Both the position numbers and the translations under genes were made by a program. Shown here in pieces: positions 35,096 through 47,144 of a stretch of DNA of 64,000 nt. Position 1 is the stretch's first letter; each line of letters opens with the position of its first letter. The notes under the pieces are model-generated. The model searched no databases. It saw nothing but the letters and a program-made list of their open reading frames with translations, and had not been told where the DNA came from. Source of the stretch: Blepharisma stoltei ATCC 30299 (taxonomy: Eukaryota > Protista > Ciliophora); contig CBFDEM010000053.1 of the NCBI GenBank assembly GCA_965603825.1, forward strand, positions 744,001 through 808,000, written 5' to 3'.

Positions 35096-36787
35096 TTAGA
35101 TATCATGCTCATTATAAATCACCTGATCAACTAAAAAGAAGTTATTCGCGGCCTTTCTTCCCACAATTTTTTCCAATTCGTTCCAAATCTACATATCTTT
35201 TACAATATCATCAGGCGTTTTCAGTTGTCTCTGTCTCTTCAAATATTCATAAATTTTTTCGAAATTTTCTTTTCCCAGTACATCAATAGCTTTGCTTCTA
35301 TAATTATTTTTTGAAGTATTCATGCCAATATTTTTTGTTACCCCTTCACTTGTGTCTTCTTCGAAATCTTCATAAGGCTGATCACTATCATAGCTATCTT
35401 CACTGCAGCTCTCAAAATCGTCCTCATACTCATATTCGTTTTCCTCTTCTACTTCTTCTTTTATTTCAGGACAAGAAATTTTTAAATCTTGAGAAAAATT
35501 ATCAGGGTCAAATAGTACAATTGTGTCTAGGGAATATGTGAAAATTTCTGTGTCCTCAGGGATATCGCAAGTTTCTTCATGCACCGTGTAGTAGTTTGTG
35601 TCGTTATTAATCATATCTAAAGGGTTGTAATCTGAAAGTCTCATTGTAGGGCGATCTGTTGTATAGTCTGTAGAAGGAGTATTGGTAACCGAAGCAGAAA
35701 TCTCAAATTCGACGAGTGGGGTATTCGAAACCTCATAAGGGTCAAAAGAATCACTAGGCTCAAATAAGCTTTTTCTTTGCAATTTTCTAATAGTTGAATC
35801 TCTATGTGACTCTCTTGCAGCTTCAGATAAAATTTTAGCCCTTTGGTCGGCTTCTTCCCTCTTTTTTCTCCTTAACCTTTCGCTAGGAGTTTCCGGCCTA
35901 TCATTAGATAACGGCGAATCCGGGGCTTTTTTATTGTTACTTGTATCAGCAATCACCTTATTATACTGCTGCAAATAGCTTGAAAAAATAGGCAGGTTTA
36001 GCACAGAAGCTACACTAGACCGAGCATTCATGTCTTTTACCAGCATCATTTTTATTGCATCACCTATTTCTTTATTATAATCCCCGCTTATAGGATCTGG
36101 AGACTCCCTTAAAATTTTCATGATTAATCCTAACAGATTATTTGCCAAAAAAGGATGCTTTAGCGTACACATTTCGTATAATAAGCATCCAAGGGCCCAA
36201 ATATCGCTTTTATTTGTATATGGCCTGTTTTCGCATACCTCTGGGCTCATATAGTAAGGTGTCCCGACAACAGTGCTTGCGTGGTCATTTGTATTTTCTA
36301 GGACTTTCGAGATCCCAAAGTCACCTAATTTTATTCACCCGTCCTTTGTTAAATACACATTTGATGATTTTATGTCCCTGTGGAGGATTTTTTTCTTATG
36401 TAAATACTGTAAAGCACAAGAAAGCTGTACGAATCATTGGCAGATTTGGGATTCTGTAAAAAAGGACCGAGATTCTTTTTGTTTTTTAATCCTTTGGGAT
36501 AAATCGCCGCCTTGGCAATATTCCATGATAATGATAAGTTCGTTATTTTCTATAAAAGACTCAATGTAATGCACAATGTTAGGATGGTCGAGATTTTTTA
36601 AGACTTGAGCTTCTTGATAGGCTGCTTGGATTTCTTTTTCGCTTAAAGAGGCTAAAATAATTTTTTTCCCAATAAATGTTTCGTTTGTGGCTTTTTTAAC
36701 TACAATTTGAGCGATTCCTAAATAATTGATACCGAAATTGCCACGTCCTATTATTTCTTTTGCTTGATACTTGGAATCGAATGACAT
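35096..36787 (-). CDS. NIMA-related kinase (NEK), ~553 aa, two 15-nt introns
   Basis: [47 protein letters not shown] and [11 protein letters not shown]=W at 36434. The spliced C-terminus ends [13 protein letters not shown]. Confidence 0.93.
35189..35203 (-). other. 15-nt intron GTAAAAGATATGTAG
   Basis: Ends in an in-frame TAG. Removing it continues into [17 protein letters not shown]. Confidence 0.85.
36718..36732 (-). other. 15-nt intron GTATCAATTATTTAG (frame-preserving, stop-free)
   Basis: Falls in the Gly-rich loop. Removing it restores GRGNFGIAQIV; retention gives [16 protein letters not shown]. Confidence 0.85.
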
Positions 36788-37266
36788 TTATTAAAAGAAT
36801 TAAATATTCATTGAGAAACAGCTAATTGTAGGTTATTAACTTATAGAAAATTATATTAATGCTAATTTAGGAGAGATAATATATAGGTTATGTAGAAGAA
36901 ACAATTAGGATAGTTCTAATATTTTATTGTCAAAAAGTGGAGCCTCTATCTATTATCAGTTATATTGTAAAATATAATTTTTAAAATTATAAGCAATCTT
37001 TTCCCATTGGCAACATATAATTTTATTTTTATTTAAAAATCTAGATACTAATTTTTATCAATACAATAATAAGAATACAAAAGTTTTATATTATATTACT
37101 CTTTTAATATCTAAATTTTATGAAAAATCAGAAAACATGCTTACTCTAAAATCAAATTTAATTCAATAATTTACTCTAATTAAATTAAAAATAATTTCTT
37201 TAATAATTATAAAAGAGAGAATAACCTTATATCATAATTTTCTTTATATTGATTATTTACTTTAAA

Positions 37267-38970
37267 ATGTTTAAGAACAAGCCAGCGCCAAGACTTGTAA
37301 TTCACAAAAACATAATTGAAATGATAAAAGCCAAATCCAAAGAAAGAGAACAAGAAATGAGGTCAAAAGGACTTGGCAACCAAGCAGATCAACTTAGGCC
37401 TACTTCTGCATTTATTTGTGAAATTTGCAAAAAACTGAAGCTTCCTAAACCTCCACATGTAATTTTAGAGCAATCATCTCAATTCTGCGCTTGCAATTCC
37501 TCGCTACGTATGGTTTACAGTCCTTTTCACTCAAATATAGCTAAAAAAAAGCTTAGCTTAACCAGCAGTTTTAACCCTTCAATATTAAGATCAAGAAGCA
37601 AGCCCATAAACTTAAAAAATCATTCTGAAAAAAACCTTGTGGCTACAGGTGTTAGAATTACTACTGAGCAAAGAAAGCGGAGTATTTCAGTGCCAGATAG
37701 TAACAGATTTGAATTTACCACCCCTATCCCTGACCTTACATACTATGAAACAATTGAGCGTGAATATAAATACCTAATATTTAAAGGAAATAATTCCTCA
37801 CTTATACAAAGCATACTTAAGCTTCGTCCAAATTGATCAGAAGCGGAAAACGGGAGACAAAGCCTGCAATTTATATGACATCCTACATCGGTAAAGGCTA
37901 GATTTGATAGACTTATGCCTTATCTGCCAATTCAAGTGATTAATCACTTTGAATTTCATGCGCAGCTTAGTAATAAATTACTGCTATACAATAATATGGT
38001 GAATTATTGCAGGCTGAAATCTATTGACATCACGAAGCTGATGCCAATTACTTTTCCTTTGAATGTTGGATCCAAAGATTTCACAGCACAAATGAGCAAA
38101 TTTATCGGTTTTTTTAAAACTTGCTCCTCTAGTGATAGTAAAAACTTTTGGCTTTTAAAACCTTCTGGTTTTAACAGAGGAAGAGGGATTCATATATTTA
38201 ATGAAATTTCAACATTAAGAAGCCTTTTAGCTGACACGCAATTTTCTTCACAGAACCCATCAAAGACTACAGGCCTAATCAAAAAATCTCCATTCAGTAC
38301 AAAATTTGTACTCCAAAAATATATAGAAAATCCATTACTAATTGATGGCAGAAAATTTGATATCAGGGTATGAGTATTAATTACCCACGAATATGACTGT
38401 TTTTTCTTTTCCCAAGGCTATTTGCGAACATCTTCAGAATCCTTCACTTTAGACGAAGACAAGTTGACTAGTGAATACATACATCTTACCAACAACGCCA
38501 TACAAAAAGACGGTAGCGGATATGGGAAATTCGAGGCAGGAAACCAACTTCCTTTTTCATTTTTACAAAAATATTTAAATAAGCAATTTCCTAGCATAAC
38601 CAGCCCATTAGAAAGACTTGTAACATCTATGAAAGAGCTAGTTGCACATAGCTTAAAATCAGTCAAAGGAAAATTAAATCCTAACAACCGTCAATTCTGC
38701 TTCGAAATTTTTGGCTATGATTTTATAATAGATTCTACTATGAAGCCATGACTTATAGAATGCAATACAAATCCTTGCTTAGAGCTCTCTTCTCCTTTAC
38801 TCCAGCAATTAATACCAAGAATGGTAAATGATGCGTTTAAGCTTACGCTTGACGTGATTTTCCCTATTAAAAGCTCATATTCTCTAAATATTCCTACTAT
38901 TGTACATTTGCAAGAGCATAACCAATGGGAATTTTTAGTGTCCTTAAAGAAAAGCAGCTGTAATGATTAA
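37267..38970 (+). CDS. Tubulin-tyrosine ligase-like (TTLL) tubulin glycylase/glutamylase, ~567 aa
   Basis: INHFEFHAQL, WLLKPSGFNRGRGI, QKYIENPLLIDGRKFDIRVW, HLTNNAIQK, FEIFGYDF and KPWLIECNTNPCL, with TGA at the conserved W positions. TAA at 38968-38970. Confidence 0.93.
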
Positions 38971-39363
38971 TTATTTTTTACTTAAAATTTTCCCAGCTTT
39001 ACTTATAGACAATAACCCATATTCCAAACAATATTTCTGAGCCATCGGACTGTTTGGGTTTTCTTGGTACAAACTTTCATAAAATGCCCTCATAGGGTCG
39101 TCTAAAGAAGGCTCAGGGTACTTTTGCCCAGGCTTTCGCTGGCCATCTTCACCTAAAAATTTTTTTTCTCGCTTAGAGCTTGTTTTCTTTGCTGGCTTTT
39201 TTTGCATAAGTTTCATTTCTGCAGCATTTACACACAAGCTACTAATTTTAGAGGTTATTGTATCTTTTGGAGGAGGCTTAAAGTATTTTGCGAGATTTTT
39301 TTTTTTAGAAATTTTTGTGTACGTGATTTGAGCTTTGGGTTCCTCAACTTCTTCTTTGCCCAT
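38971..39363 (-). CDS. Small Lys-rich protein with a conserved-looking C-terminal domain, 130 aa
   Basis: Intact ORF. The C-terminus GQKYPEP..DPMRAFYESLYQENPNSPMAQKYCLEYGLL resembles an uncharacterised plant/protist family (from memory). Confidence 0.75.
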   Translation of the reverse strand: MGKEEVEEPKAQITYTKISKKKNLAKYFKPPPKDTITSKISSLCVNAAEMKLMQKKPAKKTSSKREKKFLGEDGQRKPGQKYPEPSLDDPMRAFYESLYQENPNSPMAQKYCLEYGLLSISKAGKILSKK

Positions 39364-39417
39364 TATGAATTATTGGATAAGAATAAAGAGGGGATTATTT
39401 ATTAAAAAATAACATAA

Positions 39418-40767
39418 TTAAACTGGAATATTTTGTGGGAAAATCCTATGCATTTCTTGATCAGAAAAATCGCCCCGACCTTCTACTGGGTAAAATAAGC
39501 TCCAGACGTCTGGCAACGCTGTTGGGTTGTGTGTAAAAACTTGCTGGTAAAGTAGCCTTGGACTATCAAAAGTTGGTCCTTCTGACAAAAAGATCGGCAT
39601 TTCCCAGTTTAAAATTGCATAGCACATTAGCCCAAAGCTGTATAAAGATACCGCAGAAAAAGCCATATTTAAAAACCCATACACATAATGGTATCTATAA
39701 ATAATAAATGCAGTGATTATAAAGCAGGTAATTCTTGGATAAAAAGCAGCTGATTTTTTGGTCCGAATCATTATAAGCGAAAAAAATTCAATTAAGCTGA
39801 AAAGGTTATAAAATCTTTCGTCAAGACCTAAAGGATATAAATTTTCTAAAACGCCGTATGTCCAGAGGATAGAGGCACCGATGTACATCATATAAAACAC
39901 AAAAAGCATTAAGAGAAATGCCATTATGAGCCTGAAGCTGCTTTTATTAGCATGAGATAGTGCATAAGCTGGCTCTCCAATTCATGGAAAGGCAAAATAT
40001 GCAATATATCGGCAGTTAGGATTTATAAACCTAAAACAAGGACAGCTTAGCAAGGCTAATAAAAAAGCGGATGACCCTACAATTGCGAATCTACATATAA
40101 GTCCTGTCACCAACGATATTATAGCAAACCAGTAAAAAGCTCTGAAAACGTCCCAAATTCTTCCTAAGTTTCCTATATGTTTTTTCTCACTTACATATTC
40201 TTTAGTCCATATCCAATAATTCCCATTTCCCAAATTCTTCATCATCCCTCCATAGTCGCTAAAAACACTAATAATTTGGTTCATTATAATCGTATCCCTC
40301 TCATTCATCATCCCAGCAATATTTCATAGCCCAGTCAATATAAGATCTTCCCTTTCTATAGTAATATTGTGTACTTGAAACCCTTTCCTTTCTCTTACTT
40401 CTTTATTTAAAAAAATTGACTGTCTTTGCGTAGAAAATTCATATGAGTAGCTGCTGATGTTTATGAGGAAAATGTCTTCAGGGAATATGGTTTGGGTTAT
40501 GTTTGTGCTGCAGTGGGAGGATATAGGAAGGCTTAAGTTAAATTCTGGAGAAGTATAGCTGGGACAGTCTGAGAGCAGCTGATGGGAGATTGCTTTAGCT
40601 AGAATAGTTCCATCATTTACATAAAGAGAGTGAAATGTAATGAGACAGACCAGTTCTAGTGTTCCAATTAATCAGCAAAAAGCCATGAGCATCCTGAATG
40701 AATAGTGAATACTCCTTTGTTTTAAAAGCACGTCATAAATTCTGAATAGAGAACGTTCATATTCCAT
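39418..40767 (-). CDS. Membralin (TMEM259)-like multi-pass membrane protein, ~449 aa
   Basis: Open from ATG 40765-40767 with TGA=W. The C-terminal segment IRTKKSAAFYPR..YGFLNMA..NWEMP resembles membralin. Confidence 0.65.
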
Positions 40768-41402
40768 TTTGTTAATTAATATTAAAGTTTGTAATAAGAC
40801 TTCTTAAATTAATAATTATTCAATGGAATTTGTTAAAGCATGCTTCTTTATCATTTTGTATATAAAATACTGGTGCTATTGATGCTGATAAATAAAAATT
40901 ATGAAATAAATGATATATTTTTAATCATATAGAGAGCCCATAAGAATCTGCTATGCAATTCATTATGATTTAAACTATGGAAAAACTACTGTTTTATCTT
41001 TAAATGAGAATATTTCTTCAGTGTTAGTATTATTTGCAAATAATCATAAATGTTGTAGCTGTAATAAAGCAAAATATATTTACTGCTAATGCAGTATAAT
41101 ACGACTCTATACAATGATATTTATAATTTTTCCTCAGCAGCATTAATTTTTATTAACTTTTAGCACATTTTTCGCATCTTTTTCTAGATGCTCCCTTTGA
41201 AAATCATTTTCCAGGTTTTTGCGGGATTCCATTATTTCTCATTTCACAAATGATATCCTCGATAACCTCTCCACCACAAATCTAGCTTAAATTTTCCTAT
41301 CTTGTTTAATTTTCGTCTCATCCACTTTACAAATTTCACTCCTGCACCCACCAATTCCCTCCAACTCTCACATCTCCAATATTTAAATCTTCATAATAAA
41401 AA

Positions 41403-42869
41403 ATGTATAAAAATCTAACCCAATCCTCACTATCAGAAGACTCCAACGACTCAGAGATTTCTACCTCCAGCAAACAAAGCACCTCCTCAAAGCGTTTTCT
41501 TGACGGCCTCAACAATGGCCGAGCCGCTCTTCACGAATTTTCAGATTTAAAAAAACAGTTAAAAAGCGACTCTTCCTCACATTTATTATTCCTTTACAAC
41601 ACAGCTGACCCTCATCAGATTTATTATGAAAATATAAAAAATCACTATAAACGCAGAACTGAGGAAAATGATTTTGAAAGTGTCGGGGAAGAAGGGACTG
41701 CCCAGATAATTCATAGCCCAGTGGTGAAGAGAGGAAAGTCTGTAGACTGTGGAAATAATAATGAAAATAATTCTAGCCACGTCCCAGAAACATTGCAGAA
41801 ATATAGGAAAAGAATAGAAGGCCAGAATAAGAATATGGGCAAAATCATGAATTTTAAAAATAAATTTGAGGAATTGGAAGAATTGAAAATTCTGAGGGAA
41901 AAAAATACCAAAATTATGGACGAAAAGAATAAAATCGAAATTGAGCTAGTGAAAGTGTCGAAATTGGCAAAAGAATTTGAGATGAGATGCAGGGAAAAAG
42001 AAATTGAGATCGGAAGCTTAAGGAAGAGCTTGGAGCTGTATGATCAAAATTCAATAAAAGTGAATTTAGAATTGAAACTGGCTAAGGAAAGCTTAATTGG
42101 GTATACAAAAGAAATTAATGCACTGCATAAAGAAGTTTTGGAGGTGAAAGCCAAGCTTGAATGTGTAGAAATAGAAAAATTTAATTTGAGGCAAGATTTA
42201 GATAATGCAAATGAAGAAAATAGAAGCTTGAAAGAAACAATCAAAAATATCGAAAATGCGAGTTTAGCAAAAAACGAACAAAAAGCAATTAAAAATTTAT
42301 CAAATATAATTCTCTCAAAAGAAAGAAATGATAATCGAGTCAAAGCGCTGGTTCCAGACAATAAAGATCTCGAATCTAAGCTAAAAGTAGCTGAAGCTGA
42401 TCGTGACCAGTTTAAAATTCGCTATTACACTACATTAGAAACTTTAAAAGCTACTGATGAGTGAATTCTTGGGATAATAGAATTAATTCATTATGGGAAC
42501 TCGAGAACTGCAATAGAGGAGTTCTTAAGGACCCAAACAGACTTTGAAGAACAAATAAAATCCACAAACCAAGAACTCCTGGGCTTCAATGAACCCTCTT
42601 CAGACAGATCCTACAGCTCCCCTCTGAGCAAAACAAGCCTCCAAAGCCCAGTCCTTTCATATGATCAAGAACTAAAATCCCTCACACTCCAACTTTTGCA
42701 TGAAAAAGAAGCCAAAAAAGAGCTTGAAGACACACTAAAAATTTTTCAAGAAAACTCAGAAAAGTCACAAATTTCTAATATTTTGGCTTACCTGCAGTGC
42801 CAAGCTTCTGTAATAGAAGAATGCTTACAAAGTGAGGAATGTGATGAAATTCCCAGCCTTTATAAATAA
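41403..42869 (+). CDS. Coiled-coil protein, ~488 aa
   Basis: Reads through TGA at 42462 to TAA at 42867-42869, with a long heptad region. Confidence 0.8.
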
Positions 42870-42939
42870 ATTTAAAAATTGCTATCCTATTAAGATAATT
42901 AATTTCCTATTTCTCCTATTTACTTATTAGTGATAAAAA

Positions 42940-43494
42940 ATGAGTGAAGACGTCTCAGCTTTCTTGGCTAGCAAAAAAGAGGAAGACCCAGCAGAAGAAG
43001 TCGAAAATCCAGAAGAAGAAGTCAAAGGAGACTGGAAAGCTGTTGACCTTCCTGAAGTCGAAGTCGTCACCGGCGAAGAGAACACAGACCTTATCTTCAA
43101 AACCCGTGGCAAGCTTTACAGATGGGCTGAAGAGCAATGGAAAGAGCGAGGAACAGGCGACGTCAAGCTTATTCGTAACAAAGAAACCAAAAGAGTAAGT
43201 CTTGTAATGAGACAAGATAACACCAAAAAAGTAGTCGCAAACTTCATATTAGAAGAAGAGCCTCTTTGCAACTTGGTACCGCACGCTGGAAGTGATAAAG
43301 CCTGGCTGTGGATTGCCCACGACTTCAGTGAAGGCGAGCGCCAGAGAACAAAATTCGCGATGAGACTGGGGACACCAGAAAAATCCCAGGAGTTTAAGAA
43401 AGCTTTTGACGATGCCAGACATTTCAACCATTGTGTTAGAAGTGGATTAGAGTGTGCTGAAGCACCAGTTATCGTGGAAGAAGCTACTAATTAA
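42940..43494 (+). CDS. RANBP1: Ran-binding protein 1 (RanBD), 184 aa
   Basis: EVVTGEE, KLYRW..WKERGTGDVKL, VMRQD, GSDKAWLW..DFSEGE and FKKAFD. Confidence 0.96.
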   Translation: MSEDVSAFLASKKEEDPAEEVENPEEEVKGDWKAVDLPEVEVVTGEENTDLIFKTRGKLYRWAEEQWKERGTGDVKLIRNKETKRVSLVMRQDNTKKVVANFILEEEPLCNLVPHAGSDKAWLWIAHDFSEGERQRTKFAMRLGTPEKSQEFKKAFDDARHFNHCVRSGLECAEAPVIVEEATN

Positions 43495-43499
43495 ACAGG

Positions 43500-44453
43500 T
43501 TACTTATTAGATAATTTGATGCGTTTACCATTTTTCCACTCCCCTTCGTACACGAAGCCATTGTTATCGACAAAAATCCCATGCCCGTGCTGCTTCCCAT
43601 TTTTCCAGTTCCCTTTATACTTTTTCCCGCTGGGCCATTTAAACTGCCCTTGTCCTTCTTTTTTATCGTTTACGTAGTCTCCTATATAAACTCGTCCATC
43701 AGGCCATATAAATTTGCCATATCCGTGCATTTTATTATTTTTCCATTCCCCATTAAAAACCCTACCATCTTCCCACTTATAAATACCTTTTCCTTCTATA
43801 CAGTTATTCACAAAATCACCTCTATATACTGTGTTTTCACTCCAATGGAACTCTCCGAAGCCGTTTTTTAAGCCATCTTTATAGTATCCACGATAGTATG
43901 AGCCATCATTTCATCGTTCTTCGCCAAAGCCGTCTTGTTTGTCTTCTTTTCAATCTCCGTCATAGGTTGTCCCATCAAAATGTATGTATTTTCCTTTTCC
44001 ATTGGCTTTATCATTGATTCAGTCACCTTCGTACACGTCTCCGTCTGAATGTATGAGCCTTCCATAGCCATTTGCCTTATTATGCTTCCAATGTCCTGTA
44101 TATTTTGAGCCATCTTTCCAGACCAAAATCCCTAAGCCAGACCTTTCTTTATTTTCGTCAAAATCTCCTATATAAGTCCACCCTTCTTCATCATTCCTTA
44201 AAGATTTGAAATCTCTGAGGTCGTCTTCAGTCAAAAGTTTAAATGGTTCTAATCTAGTCTCAACCATTTGGACTTTTGGATTTGAACTGATAATTGCTTG
44301 AAGTTTATTAGAGTTTTCATCATAGGACTGGTTGATTTCTCCAAGGATTTTTTCTTGTTTTTCTTCGTTTTCTGAGACTTCGCTTACGATTTCGATATCT
44401 TCGTTAAATGCAAGCTGAGATTTTTCACCGATGCAAGTACAGCTATTTCCCAT
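43500..44453 (-). CDS. MORN-repeat protein with N-terminal acylation-type motif (MGNSCTC), ~317 aa
   Basis: Repeated YxGxW..G.G....DG..Y units, with TGA at the MORN Trp (44019). ATG at 44451-44453. Confidence 0.92.
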
Positions 44454-44478
44454 TTTTTTAAAATATTTTAAATATTTT

Positions 44479-45309
44479 TTAATCGCTAAATTGAGTAAGT
44501 GCGGAGGCTGGCAATGGCTTGTGACAGCTTGCACAAGGAATAAGCTCTATGTCGCAGTCTGAGAAAAAGCTGGATGAGGTGTCCTGAGGTTTCCCTTTAA
44601 CTGCAGAGTCAGGCCTGGCGCTTCTCATGCTTTGGATCCATCTTGACTGTGATTCTTGGAATCTTGCGACGTCTCGGTCTACTAGTTCTTTTTCTACTTT
44701 TTTTTCGTAATTTTCCTGGCGTCTTTTGGACTGTTTTTCAAAAATTTGCTGTTCTAAAGACCTTTTAAGCTCTTCTCTCTGCCTGTATGCCCGGGAGCAT
44801 AAATCTTGCCTGGCAAGGTTTCTTTCACTTTCAATGGTCTCTAACTGAATTCTTTCAAATTCTTTATTTTTCTTATCTTCCTCGATTTTTTGAAGCCTTT
44901 TTTCGTTGACTTGTCTGAGGAGTTCTTCTCGATATTTTTGTTTAGAGATCATGGCCTGTTCAAGCAGATTTTGGTTTGGATTAGGGATATCGTTTTCTGA
45001 GCCTAAATTGCGATTTCTTCTGGATTTAAATTTATATTCAAGTTCTTCAGAAATTTCATTTGCTTGTTCTCGCATTGATTTTTTGTATTCTTCTATTCTA
45101 CTTTTTTCTTCATCTTCTATTCTTTTCAGTCAATCAAGCTGTTGCTGCTCAAACTTAACTTTGGCTTCTCGTTCTTCTTGGTCTCTTTTTCTTTTCAGCT
45201 CAGCTAATCTCCGATTAATGCAATAATCACATAGTAGCGGTTTTTCACATTTTCCTATAGCTGGATGTGAAGAGTTGCCTGAGAAGTTATTATATTGAGA
45301 CTCTTCCAT
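44479..45309 (-). CDS. Charged coiled-coil protein with terminal CxxC motifs, ~276 aa
   Basis: ATG at 45307-45309, one TGA=W. LCDYC near the N-terminus, CASCHKP near the C-terminus and an E/K/R/Q-rich helix between. Confidence 0.78.
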
Positions 45310-45336
45310 TTTAATATGAAGAAATAATTAAAATGC

Positions 45337-47004
45337 TTATTTTTGGCTTTTTAAGCTTTCAAGAATAGCTAGATTCAGCATCTGGTCTTCAATATCTACA
45401 TCTTCAAATTGAGATTCCCTTGGATTTGTCCTCGGAGGATTATAAGGATTACTACGTGGGTAAGGCATATCTGGCTGCCTCGGAGGATTAGAAAAATAAG
45501 AATAATCCTGTTCCCTCTCAAATTGTGCTGAATATTCGTCATACATTTGAGGATCTGGTCTTTCTTCTCTATTTTCTGCAAGCTGGCGGGCTACTTCTAA
45601 GTCTTGCTGCTCAGCAAGTTCTTTAGCGATTCTTTCGTCTTCTTCCCAGCCTGGCCTTCTAGCTTCTCCTGGAGACATTTCTGCAGCAAATTGCCTATTT
45701 AAATTTTCAGCGACTTCTCTGTCTAATTTTTCTGCAAGCTCCTTTGCAAGTCTTTCGTCTTCTGATATGTCTGGGACAGGAGGCTTAGGAACATTTGGGA
45801 TGTATTTAGGGACATATCTGTTTTCTGTAGGCGGTATTTGCGCTTTTGGTGGGGAAAATCTGCTTTGTTTTGGTGGTTCTGGCTTATAAATTGGGTCTTT
45901 TCTGCGCTGGCCTTCATTAGGATGAGGCATTTTTCGATAATTAAATTTATTCCTAGGCTCTTGCCTCGCATTACTGAAATCTCCTTTTTTCTGCTCAGCA
46001 GCTTCCCATATATCTTTAACTCTTTCCTCTTCTGTATCCCTCTGTATCCATTCATTTTCTTCTTGCCTTTGTCTCAATCTTCCCATCTCATCTTGGTCTT
46101 CATTATGACGAGGCATTTTTCTATAATCAAGCTTATTTCTAGGCTCTTGGCTCTTATTGCTAAACCCCCCTTTTTTCTGCTCAGCTGCCTCCCATACATC
46201 TTTAATTCTATCCTCTTCTTCTTTTTCTTTCTGTATCCTTTCACTTTCCTCCTGGATTTTTCTCAATCTTTCCATCCCTTCTTCTTTTTGTAAATCTTGC
46301 CTATTCTTCATTCTCAGACCTCTTTCAAGATCCTGCCCTCTCCCAATGCCTTGCCCGTCTTCTTTTTGCTGTTTCCTCATCCTCAGTCCTCTCTCATACT
46401 CTTGGATTCTCCCAATACCTTCAAAATTAGCTTTTTTTTCTTCTTCTATTTTCTTTTTAGCCATTTCCACTTCTTTCTGTTTTTCTTGTTCTTCCCTTAT
46501 CATCTGCCTAGCCAGGTCTTCACGCTGCCTTGATTTGATTTGTCGCTCGATTTCGTCTTCTTTTTCCTTATTAAAATTTTCCTGGTATTTTGGCTGTGGT
46601 TTATTGCAGTTTCCAGCTTCTATATGCTTTTTTAGGTCCTTAATAGGAATGTATTTATTGCATTTTCTGCAGATTTCAGTCCTGTTGCCACAAGTCTGGG
46701 TATGGGAATTGAAAAGGTCGAGAGGATAGGTAGCTTCACAGTATGGGCAGAGTTTTGGGGCTTTAGGACATATGTGGCTATCAAATTGGTTGGCTTCTAT
46801 TTGGGCTTGGCAATTAGGGCATGGTTTTAGAGCGTGATTTAGATTATCGTGCTCCTCTTTTTCTGATCTTGAGATAGGGGCATTGCACTTTTCGCATCGG
46901 ATTGTGTTTCGTTCACAATGAACTTTATGAATCATCAGTGACTGCTTTGGAATTTCTTTTTCGCTGCATAAATCTTACCAAATATCACAGAGCTCTACTT
47001 CCAT
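45337..47004 (-). CDS. TRAF-type zinc-finger (XAF1/TRAFD1-like) protein with ubiquitin-binding motifs, ~550 aa
   Basis: Spliced start MEVELCDICEKEIPKQSLMIHKVHCERN, followed by repeated CxxC..H..C fingers. EDERLAKELAE-type motifs and a C-terminal UIM-like EDQMLNLAILESLK. Confidence 0.85.
45920..46280 (-). repeat. Internal tandem duplication, period ~186 nt (~62 aa), two diverged copies
   Basis: KD(V/I)WEAAEQKKG.FSN..QEPRNK..YRKMP occurs twice. GAGGCATTTT occurs at 45924 and 46110. Confidence 0.85.
46964..46978 (-). other. 15-nt intron GTAAGATTTATGCAG
   Basis: The unspliced reading gives TGG TAA; splicing restores the CDIC zinc-ligand pair. Confidence 0.92.
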
Positions 47005-47144
47005 ATTTGAATTCTTTATAGAAAGAAATTGGACTGCTACAATTTAATAAGTTTAAATATCTTATTAGTTCCTAGTAATAGCTGTTTTCTTCTGATTTTT
47101 AATGATAATAACTTTTCATCACAAATTGCTAATAATCCAAAAAT

